Assembly (NCBI GenBank): GCA_951406725.2 | Contig: OX597823.1 | Span: 86,862,001 to 86,926,000 of the forward strand | Source of the DNA: Octopus vulgaris | Lineage: Eukaryota | Reading direction: 5' to 3' | DNA length: 64,000 nt | In this document: one piece after another, positions 1 through 11,867 of the stretch | How positions within the stretch are numbered: position 1 is the stretch's first letter | Layout: every line of letters starts with the position of its first letter | Notes under the pieces: generated by a model | Told to the model about the DNA's origin: nothing | The model's input: only the letters and a program-made list of their open reading frames with translations | Database searches by the model: none | Translations under genes and position numbers: made by a program

Positions 1-124
1 GAATTGAAATGAAATGATTCCTCGAGAATGAATGACACTTGGATATTTGACTCATCGTTTTGGAGACTCACCAACATATTAGCTATTTCGTAGAGTCTTT
101 AATTTTAATATGCTTGACAATGAA

Positions 125-980
125 GTGAACCGGCAGAATCGTTAGCACGCCGGACAAAATATTTCCTGAGTTATTCATCTGACTTTACATTCTGCGTTCA
201 AATGCTGTCGATGTCGGCTGCTTTTTTATGTTTTTTTTTCTTATCCTTTCGCGCTCGATAAAGCAATTAATATCTGAGCACTGCGATCGATGTATCTGAA
301 CTACACCTTACCTGAAAATTGCTGGCCTTGTGCCGAAATTTGAAACAAATACCAGTGTTGTATAAGGCGGTGAGTTAGAACGCCGAACTAAATGATTAGC
401 GGCATTTCGTCTTTACGTTCTGAGTTCAAATACCGCCGAGGTTGGCTTTGCCTGTCATATTTCGGGGTCGATAAAATAAGTACCAGTTGAGCATTAGAGT
501 CGATGTATTAGATCCACACTCTCCCGTGAAATTGCTGGCCTTGTGCCAATATTTGAAACCAATTTAAATATGTCTGGTAATCCTATGGGCAGGCAGAAAC
601 ATTAACACGCCGGGCGAAACACTTTGCGGTAATTTGTCGGTCTTTAAGTTCTGAGTTCAAACTACGCCGAGGTCGACTTTGCCTTTCTTCCTTTCGGGGT
701 CGATAAATTAAGTACCAGTTGCGTACTGCGATCGATCTAATTGACTGGCTACTTCCCCCAAAATTTCGAGCCTTTTGCCCAGAATAGTAAAGAATGGTTA
801 GCACCCAGTAGAAAATGCTTAGCTGCATTTCGTCCGTCTTTACATTCTGAGTTCAAATTCCGCCGAGGTCGACTTAGCTTTTCAGACTATTTGGGACGAT
901 GAAATAAATACTAATAAAGTACTGAGATAGTAGTAATAGACTAACCACGCCTCCTCTAAAATTATTGGCTTTGTGACAAT
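125..980 (+). mobile_element. Four head-to-tail copies of tRNA-derived SINE family A (Meta-domain-like core)
   Basis: Copies at about 125-350, 365-560, 585-790 and 795-980, each with a B-box-like G(A/C)GTTCAAA followed by a GCCTTTCATCCTTTCGGGGTCGATAAA..AAGTACCAGTT-like core and a GGCCTTGTGCC-type tail. Confidence 0.85.
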
Positions 981-1050
981 TTGAACGATATACGTTGGTA
1001 CCCGTTTGTGGAAGAACTCGTTTATTTCTTTAATTTTGCTTTTCCTGAGA

Positions 1051-1430
1051 AGCACAGGAGTGGCTTAGTGGTAAGCAGCTTGCTTACCAACCACATGGTT
1101 CCAGGTTCAGTCCCATGGCGTTGAACCTTGGTCAAGCGACTTCTACTATAGCCTCGGGTTGACCAAATCCTTGTGTGGATTTCGTAGACGGAAATTGAAA
1201 GAAGCCCGTCATACATATATATGTGTGTGTGTGTGTGTGTGCACGCGCGCGCGTGTGTATTTGTGTGTCTGCGTTTGTCCTCCCACGTTGGTGTGTTTAC
1301 GTCCACGTAACATTAACGGTTCTACAAAATGAGACCGATAGAAAAAGTACTAGGCTTACAAAAGAATAAGTCTTCGACTAAAGGCGGTGCTCCAGCATGG
1401 CAGCAGTCTGAAACAAATAAAAGATAAGAG
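1051..1430 (+). mobile_element. SINE family B (tRNA head, CORE-like segment, internal microsatellite)
   Basis: GGAGTGGCTTAGTGGTAAG A-box, GGTTCAGTCCC B-box, ACCTTGGTCAAG CORE-like motif, internal (TA)(TG)n, tail GGCGGTGCTCCAGCATGGC...GAAACAA; matches the copy at 19273. Confidence 0.85.
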
Positions 1431-1557
1431 AATATACTATGATTGAGAATCTCAAGTGTAGAAAACTGAGAACTGAAACGAAATGATTCGCTGATAGGAA
1501 ACGAAGCCTGTATTTTGTGACTCATTGTTTCGGAAGATCACCAACAAACTATACATG

Positions 1558-1953
1558 TACTCTTTTACTATTTTACTTGTTTCATTCATTTGACTGCGGC
1601 CATGCTGGAGCACCGCCTTTAGTCGAGCAAATCGGCCCCAGAAGTTATTCTTTGTAAGCCTAGTACTTATTCTATCGGTTACTTTTGCCGACCCGCTAAG
1701 TTACGGGAAGGCAATCACACCAGCATCGGTTTTCAAGCGATGCTGGAGAGACAAACAGACACACAAACACACACACATATATAGATATACATATATACGA
1801 CGAGCTTCTTTCAGTTTCCGTCTACCAAATCTATTCACAAGGCTTTGGTCGGTCCCAGGCTATAGTAGAAGACACTTGCCCACGTTGCCACGCAGTGGGA
1901 ATGAACCCGGAACCATGTGGTTGGTAAGCAAACTACTTACCACACATCCACTC
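1558..1953 (-). mobile_element. SINE family B, inverted relative to the preceding copy
   Basis: Reverse complement matches 19273-19691 along its length. Confidence 0.9.
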
Positions 1954-2371
1954 TTTAATATAAATATTTTGATACAAGTTTCATCTCTGATGTTGTAGTG
2001 TCAATTACTTGATCATTCGTTATAAAAATTAGTCATAAATTTGATATTATTCTGATTGATGCGTGTTCTGTCTATCTATCTATTTCTATATTTATTTATT
2101 TATTTTATTTATGTCCATCCAACGCAGTAGATGCTTGGTGTTTTTTTTTTGTTTGATAAATTGTCGGAGATGGATTAAGATAAAGTTTATTAGCCAGAAA
2201 GGGATTTGAACTGCTGGTCCTTAAGTAACTAGCAAAATACGTTACCCACCCGACCTATACATTTTTATATTTAATCATACAGCCTATGTTACATGATTTC
2301 AAACACACATACAAACACAGATGCACTCAAACTTACAACAGCACGCGCACACACGCACACACACACGCACA

Positions 2372-2436
<65 letters not shown>

Positions 2437-3371
2437 AATATTATGTTATATTATACATAATATAACATAATAGTGTGTGCATGTGTGTGCAATTTTATGC
2501 ATGCATATGTGTGTGTGCATGTATGTATGTGTGTATGCATGGCTGTATACATGCGTGCATGTAAGTATGTAGATATGTATGTATAATTTAACATCACAGA
2601 AATCATTCTGATATTTCATCTCATCAGAGTGCTAAAACTATTTTATATATACATATTTATACATATACACATATATATTTTTTTGTTATTTTACTTTCTG
2701 TTGTCATTAACAATCAACCCCTCCCTTATGATTGGCAACCTCTATAATTGTTACTAGAGTGGGTGGAGTGAAATTTTAACGAAACGAATAAAAAATGGAG
2801 GGTTAGAAAAATAATGATCAATAGTTTCATTTTAAAAATCAAACACCCATGCTACCCGTTCTTGTTTATCGCTCAATAGAAATTTGAATATATACCAGTT
2901 AAACTGGGGGATAATAACTATAGTGAAGAATGAAAAAAATAATGTTTATTTGCTGTGCTGATACCACTAAAATGGGAGTGAGCGAGAAAGAAAAATGGCA
3001 GTATTGAGAGAGAAAATGTATGCGTGCGTGTATGTGTGCGTGTATGTGTATGTGTGGAAGAGACCAATATTAAATGAATTAACAATATTTTCGTGAGTTT
3101 TATCGACATTTCAGAAATTCATTTGTTTGTTTAATTTTTTCTTCTTTTACGCTACTCTATTCGGAAATTCGTCATTGAAAGACAGAAATTGCGGCCGTTT
3201 CTTCCCCGTTTTTTATCATTTCCTTTTTAACTTTAGCGTAATATGTTATTTCTATGTTTAATTCTGTTTCATCTGTTATTTTCGATAAATCATATATAAA
3301 ATAGCCGGTTTTTATATGTTAAATTTTTCTTTCTTCTTTTAATATTCTTTTGACTATCTCGTTATTTATTT

Positions 3372-3543
3372 GTTGTAGTAGCTTTATATTAAATCTTAAT
3401 TTTAAATTTCAATCATTTTTGTCAAAAACATAAGAAAAAAATTTCTTTACATACTTCGGCCCTTCTCTCACTCTCTCAGCTTGCAAACATTCATCCACTT
3501 ACATAGATACATACACACAGTGGCACGCATCATACATACATAA

Positions 3544-3574
<31 letters not shown>

Positions 3575-3733
3575 CATACATACATACATACATACATACA
3601 TGCAAACATACATATATACATACATATATAGGTATAAGTACATGTTTATACATGTGTGTATATGTACATATATATATATATGTATATTTATACATTTACA
3701 TATACATATATATGTATATATATATGTATATAT
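3372..3733. repeat. Local duplication, copy 1 (copy 2 at 4854-5145)
   Basis: GTTGTAGTAGCTTTATATTAAATCTTAATTTTAAATTTC...CAGTGGCACGCATCATACATACA... recurs nearly verbatim at 4854. Confidence 0.9.
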
Positions 3734-3849
3734 AAATATGTATATATATATATATTATATGTATATACATATACATGTATGTATATATACATATCTATAT
3801 ATATGCACATATGTATATAAACGTATATGCATATGCATATATATATATA

Positions 3850-3886
<37 letters not shown>

Positions 3887-3906
3887 ACATACACACACAA
3901 ATTTAT

Positions 3907-3953
<47 letters not shown>

Positions 3954-4853
3954 CATGCATATAAATATAATATGCATATTTTTACTTCTGTAAGAAAAGT
4001 TTGTATGTGCCTGTATATGTGCGTTTCTGACATGTTTTTTTAAAACGTTTCCAATGGAATTTGTTCGAATTTTTCATTAATCAATTAAAAAACCTTAAAA
4101 AGAATCAATACTGGAAGAATATACAGAAATTTTCAATTCCAAATTGCTTCCTGAAATTATTAGAAATTTAGAATCAGCAAATATATTCACCACTTTTTAG
4201 GAAAACAAGGCACAGAACAACAATAGCATCAATCTAAAGCACAAAATATGTACATTGTGGAATAAATATAATCACTTCAGTTTGAAGGCCTACCATTTTA
4301 ATATTTTTTGGAACTTTACAAAAAAATCGGCTCATCTGCTTGTAATATGCAATTAAATATATAGATATTTTTGTGGCTGGTTGCGGCGAAGTATAAGTGG
4401 TAATTTTATATATTGTCTACTTTACGTTCGGTTTCGATTCATATTTGAAGCCATTTTAGTTCCATGATGTGCTGGTAATATTTTAACAAAAGTGTAAACG
4501 AAGCAGCGAGTGAACCCCTTGTGTTACTGTTCGAACTTCTTAAAATAACAGTTAAATTATCCCTCAAACCATACCCCTCCGTCTCAGGAATTGTAGGACA
4601 TATTAAACAATATTGTTATAGATATACAAGAATTCAAAAGATTCGATAAAGGGCTGGCATGAATCTAAAAGCATTTCAACTTTGTGTTTCTCCTTACAAA
4701 AATAAAGGGCTTTATTGTTTTGTTTATATCTTATTGTCAGTAATACAAACCTAATGCAAACCAATATTTGATATATGTGTTTAAAGGCATGGCGTAGCTC
4801 TGTGGTAAGAAGTTAACTCCTCGACCACTTGGTTCCGGGTTCAATCTCACTAC

Positions 4854-4998
4854 GTTGTAGTAGCTTTATATTAAATCTTAATTTTAAATTTCAATCATTT
4901 TTGTCAAAAACATAAGAAAAAATTTCTCTACATACTTCGGCCCTTCTCTCACTCTCTCACTTACATAGATACATACACACAGTGGCACGCATCATACA

Positions 4999-5032
<34 letters not shown>

Positions 5033-5145
5033 GGTATATGTACATGTTTATACATGTGTGTATATGTACATATATATATATATATATATGTATATTTATA
5101 CATTTACATATACATATATATGTATATATATATGTATATATATAT
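4854..5145. repeat. Local duplication, copy 2, abutting a truncated family B SINE head (4787-4853)
   Basis: Near-identical to 3372-3733 with a 19-bp deletion and altered microsatellite lengths. Confidence 0.9.
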
Positions 5146-5374
5146 GTACTTCTACTTCTACTTTTATTTCGACGCGTTTGGAGATGATAAAAAATTTCTT
5201 TTAGATCTACATACAATGACGTTCCAAATGGCTGTCCTTTGGCGTGTTGTCACGTTTCCTATGATTCTTGTGTATCATTACAATACCACTTGCAACAGAC
5301 ACACAAAACAGCGTGAGAATTTTTAACACAATTGACCCGTAAGCGTAGTAAGATTGGTGTTTCCGTATATACAT

Positions 5375-5563
5375 ATATGATTCGCCATGATAGATCGCTG
5401 GCCACTACAAATTCTTTATTTTCTCTCTTTTTTTCTTTCTGTGTTCCTTTCTGTGGAAGAGCATAGGCTCGAAACGTTAAAGACTTCTTCACTTCCCGAG
5501 CGTTAAACGAATAAATCTGTTGGTTGTCTACGCCACCTGTCTCTGTCTTTTAATTTTGTGAAT

Positions 5564-5565
<2 letters not shown>
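5375..5565 (+). mobile_element. Penelope-like terminal repeat fragment with a hammerhead-like motif (type E1)
   Basis: CTTT-CTGTGGA-A-GAGC-ATAG-GCTC-GAAACGTT-AAAG; homologous copies at about 20640-20850 and 30710-30900. Confidence 0.6.
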
Positions 5566-5633
<68 letters not shown>

Positions 5634-6234
5634 ACACACATATATATATATGCAAAATATACGCAAGGTATATATTCTGCCTGTGCCTGTTAGTGGTCAG
5701 ACTGCGATTATAAACGTGAGAAAACATATTCTCATCAATTCGTATGGTGTTCAAACACCTAAAAGTCATAGACGAGCGGCATAACACGCTTCTTTTCCCG
5801 TTACAGAAGCGATAGACTTTAACGTTTCGTCATTTTTGTGAGGTGTCAATACCACGCACACGAAACAAGACCAGATGCAAGGTAACTCGCTATCTTTAAC
5901 CATATGCTATATTTTGTGAGAACCATCTGCTGGTATGGCCCAACGGTTCATACCATGGATAAAGTTCAAGTTTCATCACAAGAATAACGAAACTTTAATG
6001 TCTATCGCATCTGTAACGGGACGTGATGCTAGATAATTCGCTTTATGAGAATATATCCTTTTACGCCTATAATAGCAACATGCCCAGGAACTGGCAAAAC
6101 ACATACCTTGTGTATATGTGTTCGATAATATATATATATATATGTGTGTGTGTGTATGTATATATAAATATCTGTATGTATATATACATATACATGTATG
6201 TATGTATGTATCTGTATACACACACACACACATA

Positions 6235-6283
<49 letters not shown>

Positions 6284-6480
6284 CATAAATCTTTAGGTAA
6301 ATATATTCACTAAGAATATTATGTACTGAATTTATATCGAGTGCTCAATTGTATAAAAATATTACTATCAAAGTATTTATCTATTTAATACGAGTGATAT
6401 ATACATATATTTTTTAATAAGATATTATTATTATTATTATTAATATAAGGATATTAATATCCTTATATTAATAATAATAA

Positions 6481-6554
<74 letters not shown>

Positions 6555-6660
6555 CTTGTATGTGATGTGTTTTCAATTAAAGGAAACAAAACCTATAAAA
6601 CTCAAAAATTTGGTTTTGAATGGAGACGAGATGTTATAATATATAAGAGAATTTTAATTC

Positions 6661-6770
6661 ATGCAGACGATCGTTTCGTAGATAGATATAAAAATCATGC
6701 AAATTCATGGTTGAATTGCATTAATTTAATGAATTAAATTAATCATATATCAATGTACTCTTCATGGCAA
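6661..6770 (-). ncRNA. Degenerate type-I hammerhead-like motif with a branched stem II insert
   Basis: Minus strand reads TTGCC-ATGAAGA-GTA...TAC-GAAAC-GATC-GTC-TGCA; internal hairpins ATTAATTTAA/TTAAATTAAT and TGCAATTCA/TGAATTTGCA. Confidence 0.45.
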
Positions 6771-6895
6771 GAAGTATAAACAAAATTTTTACAAACGACT
6801 TGAGAAAAGAAATAGCAGAATAGAATGTAGGAGATTCATATTTATTCTTTTGAGAAAAAGAGATGTGAGTCCAGTTAGGTATTAACTATAATAGT

Positions 6896-6914
6896 TAGAT
6901 AGATAGATAGATAA

Positions 6915-7009
<95 letters not shown>

Positions 7010-7016
7010 TAGATAT
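6896..7016. repeat. (GATA)n microsatellite
   Basis: Direct read; similar tracts at about 12960-13037, 20985-21085, 21257-21335 and 27290-27385. Confidence 0.95.
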
Positions 7017-7183
7017 ATACATATAGATATGTAAATATATTTGCATTATGTAACCCATGGTCAGCCCAGGTTATCGAAAGTTAATAAAGATGGTGGAAAT
7101 AATTATCCTATAAGCATTTGTCCATATTTCGTTTGTTTCTGTCTTCCCCTTTCTCTGTTATTACACACACACACAAACACACT

Positions 7184-7223
<40 letters not shown>

Positions 7224-7268
7224 TATATTATATAGCTATATATATAGATAGATATGTATGTGTATATA

Positions 7269-7310
<42 letters not shown>

Positions 7311-7316
7311 TGTGTG

Positions 7317-7352
<36 letters not shown>

Positions 7353-7370
7353 TTTGTTTATTTATTTATT

Positions 7371-8646
7371 TATCAGGTCATCCAATAAGTTCTGTCTGAA
7401 TTTTGAATGAAGAAAACTAGAAACAAAATGTTATATTTAATTGAAATTTAATCAGCAATGTACTTTCCCTGATTATCTATGACTTCCTTCCATCTATTGA
7501 CAAGCCTTTTAATCCCATCAATGTAAAACTATCTTGGTTTCAAATCGAAGAACACTGTAATGTCAGTTTCGACCGCATCCTGGCTTGCGAAAATTATGTC
7601 CCCCAAATGATTCTGTAAAATACGAAACAAATGGTAGTCTGAAGGAGTAAGGCCGGGAGAATAAGGTGGATGAGGAATTTTTTCCCAAACAAGCTCTTGG
7701 ATCTTCTGTGATGTGATATTTGCAGTGTGGGGGCGCGCATTGTCCTGATGAAACATCATTCCTTTCCGATTCACTAAAGCGGGTTTTAATTTTCTTCAAA
7801 GCTTGGTTCAAACGCTCTAATAGCTGAAAGTAGACTTGAGCACTGCATTAGGTGGTAACAATACAAAGTGAATTACTCCTTTGCAGTCCCATCAGATAGA
7901 GAGAACCTTTTCACCATGATGTTCTCCTCTCGGTTGAGGCTGATATTTTTTCCCTTTTATGACGTTTAACATTTCGATAGAAGATCCATTTTTTTTCTTC
8001 CCCAGTCACAAGTCCATTCAAAAAGGGTGAAATGAGTTCGCGAGAATGGAGACAAGAGCAGATGTCTACTCGGGCTTTGCGATTGCTTACGGACAATTCG
8101 CGATGCCCACATGTTCCAGGCTTAGGAAACTTTCCAAGTTGTTGAAGATGACAATGAACAGTTATATGGTTTGAACTAAGCTTTATTGCCAATTCTTCAA
8201 CTGATAGCGCATGATTTTCTTCAAGTAGTGCCTCAAGGGGCTTATCATCAAACTCAACTGGACGTTCTGTCGCGATCTTCATCTTCAAGGCTGAAATCTC
8301 CACTCCTGAATTTTGCAAACCATCTTCTACATGTTTTTTCATTCAAGATATTCTTTCCCATAAGCTGAGTGTATGTTTCGTGTCGCTTCGGCTGCAGAGT
8401 TTCCTTTTTTGTACTCATAAAGCATTATGTGCCTTAAATGCTCTTTGGACACTTCCCTGTTAGAAAAGGTTTTAATCAAAGAAATTTTAATTCAGTTATT
8501 CTGTAAAACAATATTTAATAAGTTTAAATGTACAAAAATGCACAAAAATAATTTTAAATTCCATTAGACATTCTAAAATACTATTAAATTTCATTCCATT
8601 TTTAAAAAAAAGTAAAGTCGAAGAGAACTTATGGGATGACTTCATA
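7371..8646 (-). mobile_element. Full-length decayed mariner (D,D34D-type) DNA transposon
   Basis: TIRs TATCAGGTCATCCAATAAGTTCT and (reverse complement) TATGAAGTCATCCCATAAGTTCT; about 1.28 kb long; contains transposase remnants. Confidence 0.95.
7458..8459 (-). pseudogene. Mariner transposase pseudogene
   Basis: N-terminal EVSKEHLRHIMLYEYKKGNSAAEATRNI (start codon mutated), TGEEKKWI (from TGDEKW), HQDNARPH, HPPYSPGLTPSDYHLF; several frameshifts and stops. Confidence 0.95.
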
Positions 8647-8792
8647 TATGCCTACATATATATATATCTGTATATATGTGTGTGTGTGTGTGTTTGTGTG
8701 TGTGTATGTATGTATATACATATTATAAAACGAATGGTTTACACCTGGTAGTCTACTGGTAAAGCACGGTCACTTTCACAGTGATTGTTAGG

Positions 8793-8874
8793 TATATGGC
8801 AAAAAGAAAGACGGAGCTGGAATGTACGAGAATGTATTTTTAATCACGTATATTCCGTCTTCCGTCTTTCATTT

Positions 8875-8882
<8 letters not shown>
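8793..8882. repeat. Imperfect inverted repeat, about 38-bp arms
   Basis: ATATGGCAAAAAGAAAGACGGAGCTGGAATGTACGAGA versus reverse complement of the right arm, ATATGCCAAATGAAAGACGGAAGACGGAATATACGTGA. Confidence 0.8.
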
Positions 8883-8941
<59 letters not shown>

Positions 8942-8944
8942 GTT

Positions 8945-9265
8945 GAACACCCCATTCGGTCATGAATGACCATTCATCAAGGAGGTTCCCCGCTATGTCT
9001 GAGCAAGGTTGTTTTTATGGAGGGCTAGTAGACACCCATGTATACCAGCCTCCCCTGTCCACACCACTGATGTTATCCAAGGGAAAGGTAAGGGCCGATT
9101 CTGATTGGCACCACTGACGTCGTTACTCATTTCTACGGCTGAGTTAACTGGAGCAACGTGAAATAAAGTGTCTTGTTCAAGAACGCAACACAGCCCAGTC
9201 CAGCAATCGAACCCAGTACCTCGTGAATGTGAGCCCGATGCACTGACCACAGAAACATGCACCTT
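8945..9265 (-). mobile_element. SINE family D (tRNA head, CORE-like segment, long tail)
   Basis: Reverse complement aligns with 20204-20536 (GTGTTCTTGA..AAGACACTTTATTTCACGTTG..CTTTCCCTTGGATAACA..). Confidence 0.8.
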
Positions 9266-9794
9266 CACATATACAATTACACACACATACATGTGTGTGC
9301 TTTATCTTCTCGGATTGATCAATACCTCCCCTCCCGTTTCGTAGCCCTGCAACATAACTCTTCTTGTTATTTCATCTTATCATTTCAGCTCACAAACAAC
9401 TGACTCGGGCAAAAGAGTCTGCTGTGTTGATATTGTCGTTCTCTTCCTGTTGCTATGGTTACTGTCGCCGCATTTCAATCTTCCTTGTCTTACTGTTATC
9501 GCAGTTAGTCTTGTCTGTAAAAGGGATGGACTATTGTCGTTCATGATTGATTATTGATTACATTATCGATCTGACCCACTTACCTAATCACATCCCTCAG
9601 TTAATCCATTGTCACATCCACCGATTCTGTTGCTGTTCATTTTGTCTGCTTTATTTATGTCGGGAAATGTTTTCTTTCCTACTGACCGCTTCTTGAAAGA
9701 CCCTTTGTGCAAATATATGCCAAAGTTAAATTGCACCGCTCATCGTAGCCTGACAGCCAACAAAGATACCAACTTACATCTTAAAATATAGCAT

Positions 9795-9948
9795 TCCATT
9801 TATTACATTATTTACATTATTTACATTTGAGAGATATTTGTCCTCATCTTTTTTGTTGTTAACACAACATTTCGGCTGAATTTCCCTCCAGCATTCATCA
9901 GGTGTCTTGGGGAAATTTATCATTCCAAGGTATTTTTCGATGTTATTA

Positions 9949-9988
<40 letters not shown>

Positions 9989-10145
9989 CATTATTATTAT
10001 TATCATCAATATTATTATCATCACTATTATTCAGGATACTGCCTGGAATCGAACTCGGAATCTTGGGGTTAGTAGCCCGCGCTCTTAACCACTACGCTAT
10101 ATGCCCGTGGGCAAAAGATCCGTCAATTGTAAATAATGTACGTAA
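9795..10145 (-). mobile_element. Composite element: tRNA-like head, (TAA)n spacer and Penelope-like hammerhead tail
   Basis: Head 10034-10106 (TAGCGTAGTGG A-box, GAGTTCGATTC B-box); hammerhead-like GACAC-CTGATGA-A-TGCTG..CAGCC-GAAATGTT-GTGTT at 9861-9906; (AATGTAAAT)n tail. Confidence 0.7.
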
Positions 10146-10418
10146 TTGATCATCTCTTGCATATAGAACTACATTGCCTATATAGTCCGAGATCTTCGAG
10201 ATACCTATGCTGCCCAAGTATAAAATACATCTAAAATATTACACATCTGCGTATCCCCTTCTCTATGACTCGCATACCACGTCATGTTTGACCCCCACCT
10301 CTCTCCCTCTGTCTCTCTCTCTCTATGTATGTATATACACCTGTCTTCGTCATTTGTTGTTTTGTAAATTCTAACTATATATATACATATACATATGCAT
10401 ATACATACACACACACAG

Positions 10419-10507
<89 letters not shown>

Positions 10508-10710
10508 AAGACAAAGAGAGAGAGAAAGAGCAGTTAAAGCCGAATTCCTACGTTTTGAATGGCCGCTCTTTTTTAAAATAAAAAATAAAAGCAAACGGAC
10601 TTTTCTCCTTGGTACGAAAATGATGTAAGGCTGACGGAATGAATGGAGTCTATTTAATTAGTTACTGTATTCAATATAAAACTAGTTACACGATTAATGT
10701 ACAAACTAAA

Positions 10711-10894
10711 TAATAACATACATACGTACATACATACATGCATGCATGCATACATACATACATACATACATACATGCATGCATGCATGCATACATACATA
10801 CATGCATGCATGCATGCATGCATGCATGCATGCATGCATACATACATACATACATACATACATACATACATACATACATACATACATACATACA

Positions 10895-10930
<36 letters not shown>

Positions 10931-10974
10931 TATACATACAAACAAACAAACAAACAAACAAACAAACAAACAAA
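10711..10974. repeat. Compound (CATA)n/(CATG)n/(CAAA)n microsatellite
   Basis: Direct read. Confidence 0.95.
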
Positions 10975-11015
10975 TTTGCAGAAGAATCTAACGTGGATTC
11001 TCCAGTTCGAATATA

Positions 11016-11230
11016 TTCTTTTCTACTCTAGGCACAAGACCCGAAATTTTTAGGGTGGGGGCTAGTTGATTACATCGAACCCAGAACGCAACTGGTACTT
11101 AATTTAATCGACCCCGAAAGGATGAAAGGCAAAGTTAACCTCGGCGGAATTTGAACTCAGAACGTAAAGACAGACGAAGTACCACTAAGCATTTCGCCGG
11201 CGTCCTAACGTTTCTGCCAGCTCGCCGCTT
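11016..11230 (-). mobile_element. SINE family A
   Basis: CGACCCCGAAAGGATGAAAGGCAAAG..CGGCGGAATTTGAACTCAGAACG..CTGCCAGCTCGCCGC; decayed TSD-like flanks ending GAATATATT/CAATATATT. Confidence 0.9.
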
Positions 11231-11476
11231 TGCCAATTGCAATATATTAGTGGCACAATGAAGATTAGTAAAATATCCCTAAAATTTTACATCTGTGTGT
11301 CTTATGTGAATAGATGCATTCAAATTGGTGTCAGCATAGACACTACAGCCCACACACCATCTCAACCGTATATTTATAAACACGGGGAACTGTCTTAACT
11401 CCAAAAGTCTTGCTTTGTTGGCAACCGCTTTGCACTCTATCAAAAACTTTAATTAACCACTTAAATAAAACATACA

Positions 11477-11695
11477 TACTAGGTGTATGCTGAAAGGTTC
11501 TTGGCTTTAAGGTTATCACGGAAGACCTGATTGGAGGCCCAGCCTTCCAAGTTGTCTTAGAGCGCCTAGAAAAACTGAAGGGCATCTGCAATAATTATAT
11601 GAATCTGAGAGAAGAATATGTTGAATTAAATCATAAATATGTGATTCCCTGTTTTATTTTACCAAAGGCCAGGATCTTTACAGTAAACCTTCATA
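11477..11695 (+). mobile_element. Mariner-derived MITE (about 220 bp)
   Basis: TIR-like GTATGCTGAAAGGTTCTTGGCTTT / AAAGGCCAGGATCTTTACAGTA; interior resembles a transposase C-terminus (..NLREEYVE); homologues at 36524 and 61485. Confidence 0.7.
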
Positions 11696-11867
11696 CATGA
11701 CTGTTTATAAAGAAAGGACTTCGTCATGAGCAACGGTTTCTGATTTTGTCATGAGGAACGGTTTCTGCTAAATGAGTGGCGAATGTGGGCGAGTTGATAA
11801 TGACGTGGTATGCACCGGAAGGTCTACTGTTCGCTCGTATTCCAACACAAGATTTTGGACAGCATGG

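Noticed and set aside
1-80. Similarity to 1471-1550 (GAAATGATTC..GACTCAT.GTTT.G..CACCAACA)
   Set aside because: Probably an old local duplication, but it is short, diverged and cut by the window edge, so nothing further can be inferred.
504-522. TAGATCCACACTC resembles part of miR-279
   Set aside because: Seed region mismatched, no hairpin, and it lies inside a SINE tail.
10034-10106. Possible tRNA gene (anticodon-like ACT)
   Set aside because: Acceptor and anticodon stems pair poorly; interpreted as a SINE head.
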